Positions 1-8,981 of a DNA stretch of 64,000 bases are shown in pieces. The translations under genes were made by a program, and so were the position numbers. The first letter of the stretch is position 1, and every line of letters begins with the position of its first letter. The stretch is from a bacterium. Lineage in GTDB: Bacteria > Patescibacteriota > Saccharimonadia > Saccharimonadales > SZUA-47. The stretch spans positions 19,091 to 83,090 of the forward strand of contig JAUHXF010000001.1 of the NCBI GenBank assembly GCA_030427125.1, read 5' to 3'. The notes beneath the pieces are model-generated. The model saw nothing but the letters and a program-made list of their open reading frames with translations, searched no databases and was not told the origin of the DNA.

Positions 1-1
1 T

Positions 2-241
2 CTTGTCGTTGGTAATGTTATCGGCTCAAGCATGTTCAACATACTCTTGATTGGTGGCGTCGCAAGCGTGATGAAGACACAGTATGTAGACCCGCTACTT
101 GTTGGCTGGATGATTGTAGGCTTAGCATTATCGGCACTTTTGCTTATGGCAGGCGGCATCTCAAAACGCATTCACCTATGGGAAGGCATGATTTATATTC
201 TGATCTATCTCACCATTGCAAGTAAGATTGCAGATATTTAA
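2..241 (+). CDS. Ca2+/Na+ antiporter (CaCA/YrbG family), C-terminal fragment; 5' end lies outside the window
   Basis: The frame is open from the window edge. The translation LVVGNVIGSSMFNILLIGG matches the CaCA alpha-repeat GNxxGSxxFN and is followed by hydrophobic helices. Confidence 0.6.
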   Translation, partial: LVVGNVIGSSMFNILLIGGVASVMKTQYVDPLLVGWMIVGLALSALLLMAGGISKRIHLWEGMIYILIYLTIASKIADI

Positions 242-244
242 ATT

Positions 245-1111
245 ATGACAGCGCTAATCGTCAATCAAGATGCTGGCAAAGCGCCAGCCAAGATGAAGCT
301 ACTATCTAAATTAGCACGTACCCATAAGCTTAAGTTGAAGTTCTGTGATGGAACCGATCTGGATTACACTATTCGTCAGTCGTTAGAAGATAGGCAAGTA
401 GATCGATTAATAATTGGTGGCGGTGATGGAAGCGTGAGTTTAGCCGCTAGTTTGATACGACGCATAAGTCCTAAAGTTGAGCTGGCTATCTTGCCTGTTG
501 GTACAGCGAACTATTATGCAAAGTCGTTAGGTATTGGACGAAATATTCATAAAGCATTTGAAGCTGCCTTGGGTAAAGCGACAGAAAAGCGACACCTATG
601 TTCTGCAAATAAGCGAGATTTTCTATTGGGTGTAAATATCGGTGCAACGTCGCGCATGTTCTCAGAAGTGACAAGTGAAGATAAGCAGCGCTTTGGTAAA
701 ATTGCGTACTTACGCGGGCTGTTGCAGGTTCTTAATCAAGTTGATGCTCCAGACATAACAGTGACAATAGACGGAAAAAGCAAAGAATATGTCAGCACTG
801 AATTGGTAATTCTGAACCAGCACATTCATGAGCCTGTACAATTAACACCGCGTGTTTCCGGAAGTGAGCCATATTTCGAAGTAATTACATATGGGCTCGG
901 AAACGGAAAGCTCTCACCGTTGTTTGCAGTTATAATTTTTGCTTTAACTTTTGGTAAAAATCAAAAATACCTAAAACGCATCAAAGCTACTAAAGTGAAA
1001 ATAGAAACGAAAAAACCCCAGCCAGTATCTATAGACGGTGACACGCTGGAGAAAACGCCAGTGGAAGTCAGTTTGTACAAGAAGCCAATTACCTTTGTAT
1101 GTTCAAAATAG
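245..1111 (+). CDS. Diacylglycerol/lipid kinase family protein (YegS/BmrU-like)
   Basis: 288 aa with DAGK catalytic-domain motifs IIGGGDGSV and LPVGTANYYAKSLG. It starts 3 nt after the upstream stop. Confidence 0.75.
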   Translation: MTALIVNQDAGKAPAKMKLLSKLARTHKLKLKFCDGTDLDYTIRQSLEDRQVDRLIIGGGDGSVSLAASLIRRISPKVELAILPVGTANYYAKSLGIGRNIHKAFEAALGKATEKRHLCSANKRDFLLGVNIGATSRMFSEVTSEDKQRFGKIAYLRGLLQVLNQVDAPDITVTIDGKSKEYVSTELVILNQHIHEPVQLTPRVSGSEPYFEVITYGLGNGKLSPLFAVIIFALTFGKNQKYLKRIKATKVKIETKKPQPVSIDGDTLEKTPVEVSLYKKPITFVCSK

Positions 1112-1188
1112 AAGCGTTTCGCATAAGTAATTCTAGACAGTAGCGCGATTGTGGATACAATAGAGTGTATAGAAAGGGTAGATTTTGT

Positions 1189-1914
1189 ATGAGTGAGTTC
1201 AAGGGGCTGAAAGCGGTTTTTATAAATTGTTCGATTAAAAAGGATAAGTCTGAATCGCATACGCAAAGATTAATTAATCGCGCTGCACATATCATGGAGG
1301 CAGAGGGCGTCTCCGTCGATCATATATATGCATTGGATCATAATATTGCATTTGGCATGGTTAAGGATGGTAAAGAAACAGGACAAGAAGATGACTGGCC
1401 TGAGCTACACAAGCGTATTATGAATGCTGATATTTTGGTTATTGGTTCACCAATATGGCTGGGAGTAAAGTCTTCTGTTGCGACACTTGTCGTTGAGCGA
1501 CTATATGCATACAGTGGCGACCTTAATAATAAAGATCAGTATGCCTATTATGGAAAAGTTGGCGGTATTTTAGTGACGGGAAATGAAGATGGAGCTAAAG
1601 CTGTTGCTATGGAGACCTTATACTCCCTGAGTCATATAGGATACACAATCCCACCACAAGCTGACGCTGCATGGCTGGGTGAGGCTGGTCCGGGTCCAAG
1701 TTACGGAGATACTGAATGGAGCGACGAGAAGCTTGAGGGTCCTGCTGGTTATGACAACGAGTTCACGAACAGGAACACGACTTTTATGGCATGGAACTTG
1801 ATGCACATGGCGAAAATCCTAAAAGATCATGGCGGGGTTCCTGCAAAAGGTAACACCACTTCTGGTTGGAAGCATGTAACGAACGCCAGTGATCAAAATC
1901 CGGAGTATAGATAG
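1189..1914 (+). CDS. Flavodoxin-like NADPH-dependent FMN reductase family oxidoreductase
   Basis: N-terminus KAVFINCSIKK...SHT and ADILVIGSPIWLG are typical of the FMN_red/flavodoxin fold. I prefer the ATG at 1189 (AAGGG upstream) over the GTG at 1165. Confidence 0.65.
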   Translation: MSEFKGLKAVFINCSIKKDKSESHTQRLINRAAHIMEAEGVSVDHIYALDHNIAFGMVKDGKETGQEDDWPELHKRIMNADILVIGSPIWLGVKSSVATLVVERLYAYSGDLNNKDQYAYYGKVGGILVTGNEDGAKAVAMETLYSLSHIGYTIPPQADAAWLGEAGPGPSYGDTEWSDEKLEGPAGYDNEFTNRNTTFMAWNLMHMAKILKDHGGVPAKGNTTSGWKHVTNASDQNPEYR

Positions 1915-2159
1915 TGGCTGATAAGAAGATTAATTTAAACACAAAGACCGGTATGATTAATGCTGCTGCGCTAAAGCTGCTTATGGAAGATCCTGACGGA
2001 CTACGGTATACGCAATTAAGAGATGCGCTGATTAAGAATCTGCCAGACCTACACCCAAAAACCATAAACGGCTGTGTCTGGTTATTGCAGGAAAATTTCC
2101 CAGACTCTGTCTATAAACCTGAAAAAGGATTATTCAAACACACAAAGTATAGAGTGTGA
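1914..2159 (+). CDS. Hypothetical small protein (possible winged-helix)
   Basis: 81-aa ORF whose GTG start overlaps the upstream TAG stop. I recognise no family motif. Confidence 0.4.
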   Translation: MADKKINLNTKTGMINAAALKLLMEDPDGLRYTQLRDALIKNLPDLHPKTINGCVWLLQENFPDSVYKPEKGLFKHTKYRV

Positions 2160-2969
2160 TTATTCAGTCGTTTTTCTCTTGTACAGAACATATGTGATAG
2201 GGATTGAGATAGCGATAAGAACGAGGCACCACATAACTGCCAGCCAGCCGTAGTCACCAAGTGGTTGTCCGAGTATGAGCGCTCGTACTGCTTCAACCAT
2301 CTGTGTTATCGGTTGGTTTTCAGCAAATACGCGTAACACTGTGCCCATGCCATCGGTTGGTGTGAACGCACTAGATGCAAACGTCAGTGGGAATATGATG
2401 ACAAAAGTGAGCCACTGTACGGCTTCAACACTTTTTGCAAGCACACCGATTATCGCTGAGAGCCATGAGAAGGCAAGCGTGATAAGAAGAAGTAGCCCAA
2501 TAATCCCAAGCCAGCCGTAGAAATCTGCTTCAGGTCGAAAGCCAATTACTAAACCAGCGAGTATCATCACAGTCGTAGAGATTGAGTTTCTAAAGATATC
2601 AGATATGACATGACCGTTAAGTACTGCCATATTGCTCATTGGCAGACTGCGAAATCGATCAATGATGCCCTTTTGCAAATCATTCGTGAGTGCAATCGCA
2701 GTGGTGGTCGATCCGAAAGCCACGGTCTGGACGATAATCCCAGCCATGAGAAAGTTTACATAGCTAACTCCTTCAGGGAGTGATTGTTCAATGGCGCCGC
2801 CAAAAACTGACACGAAAAGTACTAAAAACATAATTGGCTGGAAGAATGCTCCAAGAAGTTGGTCGGTATTACGCAGGATATGACGACTACTTCGTCCAAT
2901 CATCAGTGCTGTGTCAGAAATATATGCACTGACTTTTGAAGCGTGTTTATATTCCAATTTCGTCAGCAT
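2160..2969 (-). CDS. ABC-2 type transporter permease (DrrB-like)
   Basis: 269 aa with about six hydrophobic helices. It is translationally coupled to the upstream ABC ATPase, with the stop and start 1 nt apart. Confidence 0.75.
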   Translation of the reverse strand: MLTKLEYKHASKVSAYISDTALMIGRSSRHILRNTDQLLGAFFQPIMFLVLFVSVFGGAIEQSLPEGVSYVNFLMAGIIVQTVAFGSTTTAIALTNDLQKGIIDRFRSLPMSNMAVLNGHVISDIFRNSISTTVMILAGLVIGFRPEADFYGWLGIIGLLLLITLAFSWLSAIIGVLAKSVEAVQWLTFVIIFPLTFASSAFTPTDGMGTVLRVFAENQPITQMVEAVRALILGQPLGDYGWLAVMWCLVLIAISIPITYVLYKRKTTE

Positions 2970-2970
2970 A

Positions 2971-3909
2971 TTACTTTTCCTTCCTTGTGATATTTAGGAA
3001 TACATCATCAAGTGTCGGCTTATGAATGTCAGTAGATGAGATAGGAATTTTCTCTGAATCGAGTGTTTTCAAAACAGCCTGGATATCTTTACCTGTACCC
3101 TTAATTGGAATGTGTATCTGTAGTTCATCGTCGTTCGTTTGCGTAATTTTTCCTTTCAGGGCTGTACGTGCAGAATCGTAATGTTTCTTTGATGCGAATG
3201 TAACGATAAAGTGATCCTTGCCTATTTTTTGTTTTAGTTCGGCTGCTGTTCCTTCGGCTGCTACAATACCGTTGTTAATCAGGATAATTTTATCAGCGAG
3301 CTGGTCGGCTTCTTCAAGATACTGTGTCGTGAGTAGGATCGTTGTACCGTTGTCCATGAGTCTTTGAATGATATCCCACATAACTAAACGTGAACGTGGG
3401 TCTAGTCCAGTTGTTGGTTCATCGAGAAAAATAATTGGTGGTGTTGCAATCAAGCTAACTGCCAAGTCTAGCCTACGTCTCATCCCTCCTGAGTATGTCT
3501 TTGTGGGGCGATTAGCTGCTTCTGTGAGGTCAAACTCTATTAGTAGTTCTTCGGCTCTTGCGACTGCAGACTTTTTCGTCAGACGGTAGAGTTGTCCCAT
3601 CATGATTAAGTTCTCACGACCGGTGAGCAGTTCATCGACTGCTGCCGATTGTCCAGTAAGTCCAATGACACCCCTTACCTTATCAGGATCAGTGCTTACA
3701 TCGTGACCCTCAATTCTTGCACTACCACCGTTTGCTTTAAGCAGCGTGCTTAGGATCTTAACAGTAGTAGTCTTACCGGCACCATTTGGTCCCAGTAGCG
3801 CAAGCATTGTACCCTGGGGTACATCAAAAGACACGCCCTTTAGGACTTCATTTTCTCCAAATGATTTTTTCAGGTTTTTTACAGAAATAGCTGTGTTTTT
3901 TGTACTCAT
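2971..3909 (-). CDS. ABC transporter ATP-binding protein (DrrA-like)
   Basis: Walker A GPNGAGKTT, signature YSGGMRRRL, Walker B IIFLDEPTTGLD. Confidence 0.9.
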   Translation of the reverse strand: MSTKNTAISVKNLKKSFGENEVLKGVSFDVPQGTMLALLGPNGAGKTTTVKILSTLLKANGGSARIEGHDVSTDPDKVRGVIGLTGQSAAVDELLTGRENLIMMGQLYRLTKKSAVARAEELLIEFDLTEAANRPTKTYSGGMRRRLDLAVSLIATPPIIFLDEPTTGLDPRSRLVMWDIIQRLMDNGTTILLTTQYLEEADQLADKIILINNGIVAAEGTAAELKQKIGKDHFIVTFASKKHYDSARTALKGKITQTNDDELQIHIPIKGTGKDIQAVLKTLDSEKIPISSTDIHKPTLDDVFLNITRKEK

Positions 3910-3925
3910 TTATATGTAGTGTAAC

Positions 3926-4267
3926 CTATTTACCTATCTCTTTGAGTCGTAAGTGGGTCATTAGTATCACTGCTTTCTTTGGAATGGGTTTCTCGGGTGT
4001 AAATCTAATGACTCCCTTGCTGTGATCTAGGCTCGGGAACTCATCAATTACAAGTTGAACAATTTTCGGATCAAACGGGTAGACGTTCAGGCCGTGCTTG
4101 TTTGAGCTAAACCCGATTAATGAGCGTTTTTTTAGAAAAAATGCTGGCAATCCATAGCTTAAACCTTCTTCAGCGCCGGGAGCTTCTTTTTCGACCACAG
4201 CAATAACATGTTCTTGTAAGGCGGCGCGTTGCTCAGGGTCTATTGAACGGAGATATTCTTCAAACAT
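3926..4267 (-). CDS. DUF1801 (YdhG-like) domain protein
   Basis: 113 aa. The LSYGLPAFFLKKRSLIGFS...VIRFTPEKPIP pattern is typical of DUF1801. Confidence 0.55.
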   Translation of the reverse strand: MFEEYLRSIDPEQRAALQEHVIAVVEKEAPGAEEGLSYGLPAFFLKKRSLIGFSSNKHGLNVYPFDPKIVQLVIDEFPSLDHSKGVIRFTPEKPIPKKAVILMTHLRLKEIGK

Positions 4268-4391
4268 GTATTAGTATTGTATACGATAAACACTTCAGTT
4301 GCTGGCTGTTTATGCATCATTATTAGTGTAACAACATAAATCTGCTACACTATATGTAAGAAGGGCCCAACTCTGCGAGAGGGGCTCTTTT

Positions 4392-4928
4392 TTATTGCTC
4401 GAAGACTCCTACCATGACATCTTCTTGAGTATTGCCTGACTCTATGACGATTGCTTCATCGAGTCCAGTGATGTTCTCCGTACCGCTGTAACTTAAGCTG
4501 TAGGTATTTTCTGCTTCTTTCACAAGTGTGCCTATGATTACTGAAGATGTATCGTCTCTGACCACGAATTCGTAATGATTGCCCGTCTGAGGGTCTCCAA
4601 TCGTGCCGACAAATTCAATTGTGAAGTTGTTGGCCGGAGCGTCGTAACTCCTAACTGCTACAGCGAATTCATTGCCGTTGTCGCGAATGGATTCTAGGAC
4701 CGCAGTCTGGTTGCTTGGGTTTATGTCGTCTACCTCTTCATCTTCAATTAATTTTTCGAGCCCTTCTGCTAATTGATCTTGCTGTTGCTGCTCAGAGATT
4801 GACGTGTCTACTGGAGTAACTTGCTCGTTATTGATAGATCGTATGTAATATCCAGTTAGAATTAAGACACCAATAATTAGAAGTATAAGCCCACCCCAAG
4901 CGATGCGAATGAGGGTTTGGCGTTTCAT
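4392..4928 (-). CDS. Hypothetical membrane-anchored protein
   Basis: 178 aa with one N-terminal TM helix followed by an acidic extracytoplasmic region. It starts 3 nt after the upstream gene's stop. Confidence 0.5.
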   Translation of the reverse strand: MKRQTLIRIAWGGLILLIIGVLILTGYYIRSINNEQVTPVDTSISEQQQQDQLAEGLEKLIEDEEVDDINPSNQTAVLESIRDNGNEFAVAVRSYDAPANNFTIEFVGTIGDPQTGNHYEFVVRDDTSSVIIGTLVKEAENTYSLSYSGTENITGLDEAIVIESGNTQEDVMVGVFEQ

Positions 4929-4931
4929 TTG

Positions 4932-5288
4932 TTACTTCTTTTTACGCTTGGAGTTTTTGCTACGAAAACTTAATCGGCGAGTCATGCGACGCGTGATACT
5001 GTCGCTGAGTTGGTGTTCTTGTGTTGCGAGATATCGTGAACCAATACTTGTTAGTGCAGCGATGACAATTCCAACACCAACTAGAATAAATAGCGCAGTG
5101 ACAACGCGAGATTCGTCGGTAGTCGGATGAATGTCACCGTAGCCGACAGTTGTTAGGGTTGCGACAGAGAAGTAGAAACTTTCTGCCCAGGTCCAATCTT
5201 CGAGATAATGGAACATTACAGTTCCAGCACCAATGAGAAGCATGATGGAAAATACAGCTGATAAAACGGATGTCTTTAGTTTTGGCAT
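4932..5288 (-). CDS. Two-TM potassium channel (Ion_trans_2)
   Basis: K+ selectivity filter TTVGYGD lies between two TM helices, with a basic C-terminal tail. Confidence 0.8.
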   Translation of the reverse strand: MPKLKTSVLSAVFSIMLLIGAGTVMFHYLEDWTWAESFYFSVATLTTVGYGDIHPTTDESRVVTALFILVGVGIVIAALTSIGSRYLATQEHQLSDSITRRMTRRLSFRSKNSKRKKK

Positions 5289-5294
5289 AGTGCT

Positions 5295-5303
5295 ATTTTA
5301 CCA
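5295..5303 (-). promoter_or_regulatory. Extended -10 promoter (TGgTAAAAT) 6 nt upstream of the K+ channel ATG; leaderless mRNA predicted
   Basis: The minus strand reads TGGTAAAAT-AGCACT-ATG, with no Shine-Dalgarno sequence. Confidence 0.45.
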
Positions 5304-5310
5304 GTCATGC

Positions 5311-6093
5311 TTATTTTTTGACGAAACGACCTTTGAGAGAAAATCCTCTTGGAATTATGTATACGATTTCTTTGTCAGTAGATAAGTCGCTTGAGTATGA
5401 AAATCCGTCTTCAGCGAATTTTTCTAGATCTTCTCGTTTCTGAATGTCATTATCTATAACCCAACGAGCTAGTTTTCCACGTGCATACTTTGCAAAAAGA
5501 CCTTTCTCTTTTAGCCCATCATCTGTTTCTTGCATGAAGCGTGGACGAATTGTGGTGACGCCTACTGGTAATGACTGGGTGATCGCGACAGCATATTCCT
5601 GGCTCGCACACAGTAATAGTACTTTTTGTCTCGTACTTTCTAGATACGTCTTAATGTTGTTATGCCAGTATTCATATAAATTGGATTTATTATCTACCTT
5701 GAAAGGTAGCCGCATTTCGAGGCGGTACGGCTGGATAGCATCGAGAGGTCTTAGTAGTCCGTATAATCCACTTACGATAGTAATTCGTTGCTGTGATCGT
5801 TCGATTTCTGGTGACGTCATTGAGTAGGCGTCAATACCGTTATAGACATCACCGGCATACATCCACAAAGCAGCTCGCTTTGGAGTGCTGCTCCATTTTT
5901 GATACCGATCATAATTCAGCTCGCCGAGACTATCGCTTACTTCAAGCGTTTTTATGAGTTGTTTCTGGCTTAGCTTTTGTAATTTGCTGACAACCAGACT
6001 TGTTTCCTTCTGAAATAATGGTTTCGTCATGGAAATACCGTCAGGTTGCGGCTGTTTCATAACTGATTTACTCGGTGATAATACTATGAGCAT
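5311..6093 (-). CDS. yaaA: Peroxide stress protein YaaA (UPF0246/DUF328)
   Basis: N-terminus MLIVLSPSKS and overall YaaA-like pattern; 260 aa. Confidence 0.75.
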   Translation of the reverse strand: MLIVLSPSKSVMKQPQPDGISMTKPLFQKETSLVVSKLQKLSQKQLIKTLEVSDSLGELNYDRYQKWSSTPKRAALWMYAGDVYNGIDAYSMTSPEIERSQQRITIVSGLYGLLRPLDAIQPYRLEMRLPFKVDNKSNLYEYWHNNIKTYLESTRQKVLLLCASQEYAVAITQSLPVGVTTIRPRFMQETDDGLKEKGLFAKYARGKLARWVIDNDIQKREDLEKFAEDGFSYSSDLSTDKEIVYIIPRGFSLKGRFVKK

Positions 6094-6099
6094 GAGTAC

Positions 6100-6108
6100 A
6101 CTGTAGCA
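6100..6108 (-). promoter_or_regulatory. Extended -10 promoter (TGcTACAGT) 6 nt upstream of the yaaA ATG; leaderless mRNA predicted
   Basis: The minus strand reads TGCTACAGT-GTACTC-ATG, with no Shine-Dalgarno sequence. Confidence 0.45.
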
Positions 6109-6119
6109 AAGCAGGTGGG

Positions 6120-7496
6120 CTATTTACGAAGGGAATAGGTAGTTGAGGTTTTTCGTACGAGTATGGTTACAAGGATGCTTAAGCCCGCTCCAACAAACAG
6201 CGCAAGCAGGATTGCTTGACCTGTTTCTGCAAGAACTGACTCTTCACTAGAAGCCCCAAGCACTTGACCACCTTCGTTATCTGAAGATGAGTTGTCTGAA
6301 TTGGTAGAAGCCCCAAGTACTGCCCCTTCATCATCAATGTCGGCATCTGGCTCTGGCTGTGTCTCCTCAACATCAGAAACGGTTATTTCAAATTCTTTGC
6401 TGGTACTGAAGCCATCGCTATCTGTTGCACTGACACATACTGCATATATATTGTCACCGTTTTCGTCTTGCGGGTTTTCGTAGTCCAGGGTAGTTGTTAA
6501 TACGAGCTCGTCGTTATTCATTGAGAAGAAGGTGTTATCTGTAGATTGAGAACACCCAACAGAATAGGCATACGACTGTCCCTGTTCAATATCTACAGCA
6601 CTTAGTACTCCGATAACGACGTTACTGCTGTTTTCTGAAACTGACAGTGGGCCAGATGAGATTTCAATATCTGTTGGGCCGCACAATGAAGTATCTTGTC
6701 CTTGGTCTGTAATTATCCAATCAAGCACGTCTGTAAGGTAGGCAACTGATGTTGCAGCCTGACAGTGGGGTAGCCCGATTGGTGATAGGTTCACATCTCT
6801 TTGAGCCGCTGTGGCTTCCCACCCAATTAGTGTTGCATCATAGGATGCAGTGGTCATGCCTGATTCAGCGAATATGCTGGTTGCAAGCGTCATGTTTTCC
6901 ACGTTCCAGTTTGCAAGCGACTCATCGAATGAGCTTGCGCTCTCAAACATAGATCTGAAGTCAGTCGCATTCGAAACATCCCAATTTGCTATCCCACCGG
7001 TAAATTGGCTGGCATCTTTGAATGCAAAGCTAAAATTTGTTACAGCTGACGTGTCTGGAGTGTCGGTTGCACGTATAGTCATGTTTCGTGCCCCCTCAAA
7101 CGCTCGAGACATAGACTGCCATGCAATGTCGCCCCAATTATCTACTGACACGAGCTTATGCGCATCGGGGCCATTTGCAAGGTATAAGCGGGGAAAACTA
7201 CCAGATATCTTCAGCTGGTATGTACCGGGTGAGTCATATGTATGAGCTGCGTTCCTATCTATGTAGGTTGTAACTGTGCCGTCACCCCAATCAACCGTGT
7301 AGTTATAGCTGTAACGCGGGTTTCTATATATGGATAGTTCTATCGAAGCATCGCCGCTGTTTTCAATGTCAGTTTTCCAAGTTGTCGTGAATTCACCGGC
7401 TGCTGAAGCTATGTTTGTAGATAGTGCTAGCGAAGCCAGCAAAAATATGACTACAGCGAGAGGTAGCCACACAAAAAAGTGTTTCGTTTGTTTCAT
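6120..7496 (-). CDS. Cell-wall-anchored surface protein with DUF285/BspA-like repeats, a cadherin-like domain and an LAETG sorting signal
   Basis: Signal peptide at the N-terminus. Repeats of the type FxxAxxF..ANWDVSNATDFRSMF and LANWNVENMT. A LDYENPQD...ATDSDG cadherin-like block. C-terminal LAETG followed by a hydrophobic helix and the tail RKTSTTYSLRK. Confidence 0.7.
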   Translation of the reverse strand: MKQTKHFFVWLPLAVVIFLLASLALSTNIASAAGEFTTTWKTDIENSGDASIELSIYRNPRYSYNYTVDWGDGTVTTYIDRNAAHTYDSPGTYQLKISGSFPRLYLANGPDAHKLVSVDNWGDIAWQSMSRAFEGARNMTIRATDTPDTSAVTNFSFAFKDASQFTGGIANWDVSNATDFRSMFESASSFDESLANWNVENMTLATSIFAESGMTTASYDATLIGWEATAAQRDVNLSPIGLPHCQAATSVAYLTDVLDWIITDQGQDTSLCGPTDIEISSGPLSVSENSSNVVIGVLSAVDIEQGQSYAYSVGCSQSTDNTFFSMNNDELVLTTTLDYENPQDENGDNIYAVCVSATDSDGFSTSKEFEITVSDVEETQPEPDADIDDEGAVLGASTNSDNSSSDNEGGQVLGASSEESVLAETGQAILLALFVGAGLSILVTILVRKTSTTYSLRK

Positions 7497-7641
7497 TTTC
7501 GCGCCCTTTTTTAGTTTCTAAACTTTTTGTTTAAACAGTTTCTAAGATTACTATAACCAAAAGCATCACGCTATGCAAGCAACATGTAAATTCTATACGA
7601 GAAGGAGTACACTTAATTTGTAACATAGAGGAGTTCGATAT

Positions 7642-7875
7642 ATGGACCTTGGAATAGGTGGAAGAGGTGGCGCGCGACGTCGTACTAGAAGACGTGCTAA
7701 TGCACGTGCAGCTATGCGTGAAAATGCGTACGAGCAACAACAGGGGCAGGTATCAGAAGCTGAAGGTAATTCACCAGTGGCAATGCTCGACATGCTAAAG
7801 GTACTTCACAGTGAGGGCATACTCACTGACGATGAATTCAACGCAAAGAAGTCAATTCTCGTTGATAGAATGTAG
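7642..7875 (+). CDS. SHOCT domain protein with Arg-rich N-terminus
   Basis: The C-terminus LKVLHSEGILTDDEFNAKKSILVDRM matches the SHOCT motif. AGAGGAG lies upstream as a Shine-Dalgarno sequence. Confidence 0.6.
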   Translation: MDLGIGGRGGARRRTRRRANARAAMRENAYEQQQGQVSEAEGNSPVAMLDMLKVLHSEGILTDDEFNAKKSILVDRM

Positions 7876-7886
7876 TATTCAATAGA

Positions 7887-7915
7887 TTGACGGTTATCGG
7901 CTTTAGACGTATAAT
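7887..7915 (+). promoter_or_regulatory. Sigma-70-type promoter for tRNA-Asn
   Basis: TTGACG, 17 nt spacer, TATAAT. The element lies about 49 nt upstream of the tRNA 5' end. Confidence 0.6.
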
Positions 7916-7963
7916 CTACCTCTGTACTTGAGAATTTATTAAGTAAGTACCTTTCTTTAATAT

Positions 7964-8038
7964 TCCGGAGTAGCTCAGTGGTAGAGCAAGAAGCTGTTAA
8001 CTTCGAGGTCGCTGGTTCGAATCCAGTCTCCGGAGCCA
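7964..8038 (+). tRNA. tRNA-Asn (GTT), CCA encoded
   Basis: Cloverleaf by hand. Acceptor TCCGGAG/CTCCGGA, D arm GCTC/GAGC, anticodon loop CTGTTAA, T arm GCTGG-TTCGAAT-CCAGT, discriminator G, then CCA. Confidence 0.9.
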
Positions 8039-8090
8039 TGAAAAGAACCGTAGCCTAATGGCTGCGGTTTTTTTCATACCCCTGAGCCTG
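8033..8090 (+). repeat. Direct repeat copy 1 (last 6 nt of tRNA-Asn plus terminator and flank)
   Basis: GAGCCATGAAAAGAACCGTAGCCTAATGGCTGCGGTTTTTTTCATACCCC.GAG.CTG. It is near-identical to 8982-9038, differing by one T indel and two substitutions. Confidence 0.85.
8046..8074 (+). terminator. Intrinsic terminator after tRNA-Asn
   Basis: 10-bp stem AACCGTAGCC/GGCTGCGGTT, TAAT loop, T7 tract. Confidence 0.8.
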
Positions 8091-8299
8091 GATGAGAACC
8101 AGGCTTTTGCGTAAGCAAAAGTGGTTCGGTGTAGTGAGGTGTAAGCAGAGAAAGCACAAAGTATTTTCTCTGCATCCGAACGGAAAAGCGTAGCGCTATC
8201 CAGTCATATAAGCACTATGGAAACATAGTGTTTTTGTTTTGTTGGTAGTACTATATAGATTAAGAAATATATCTAATAAAAGCAGTGGGGAGAATACAT

Positions 8300-8950
8300 A
8301 TGCATACACAAAAAGGATTCAGTCTAATAGAGGGACTGCTCATAGTCCTAGTTATCTCAGTCATAGGATTTGGTGGCTATTATGTTTGGTCGCAGCAAGA
8401 TGATAAAGAGACAAATACTACTGAGACAGTTCAAGAGGTGCCAATGAATAGCGAAGCAGTGGGCCAATCAGGGGACGAAACCGCCAACTTATCCAGTAAT
8501 AGTTTAAGTGGTAATGAGTTTCTTGAGCTTGAAGAGCCGGCAGTTATTGTTAACGAAAAAGATGTTGATAGTTTGCCTGCGGAAACTCCAGGATCATTTG
8601 TGGAGTATTTAAGAGAAGTCGTCAGGGAAAATACGCCAGATGAGCTGAGCGGTTGTGTTGCGGAATATACCATATCAATAATTAGTAATGTGAATGTAGC
8701 AGGTGGTATATCGAGTATTGACGAGGAAACGCTCTCGAGCAGCGGATCTTGTGGGGCTGGAGCCAAAAAAGTCTGGGTGTATGACGGTAATAGTTGGGAT
8801 GATTCTGCAAGCGGACAGGATGCACCAGTTTGTTCTAATTTAAATGAACCAGTTATATATAGTGAATTTGTTGAGAAATGCTACGAGGACAGTGAAGGTA
8901 CGAAGTTAATTGATAACCCTAATGGGTCAATTACAAACTCTGTAAATTAG
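8300..8950 (+). CDS. Type IV pilin-like protein (prepilin N-terminal cleavage/methylation motif)
   Basis: Leader MHTQKG followed by FSLIEGLLIVLVISVIG, with Glu at +5. GGGGAG lies 7 nt upstream of the ATG at 8300. The ORF-track GTG at 8285 is less likely. Confidence 0.75.
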   Translation: MHTQKGFSLIEGLLIVLVISVIGFGGYYVWSQQDDKETNTTETVQEVPMNSEAVGQSGDETANLSSNSLSGNEFLELEEPAVIVNEKDVDSLPAETPGSFVEYLREVVRENTPDELSGCVAEYTISIISNVNVAGGISSIDEETLSSSGSCGAGAKKVWVYDGNSWDDSASGQDAPVCSNLNEPVIYSEFVEKCYEDSEGTKLIDNPNGSITNSVN

Positions 8951-8981
8951 ACATATTATTTCTAACCTCCTCCACTACAGA

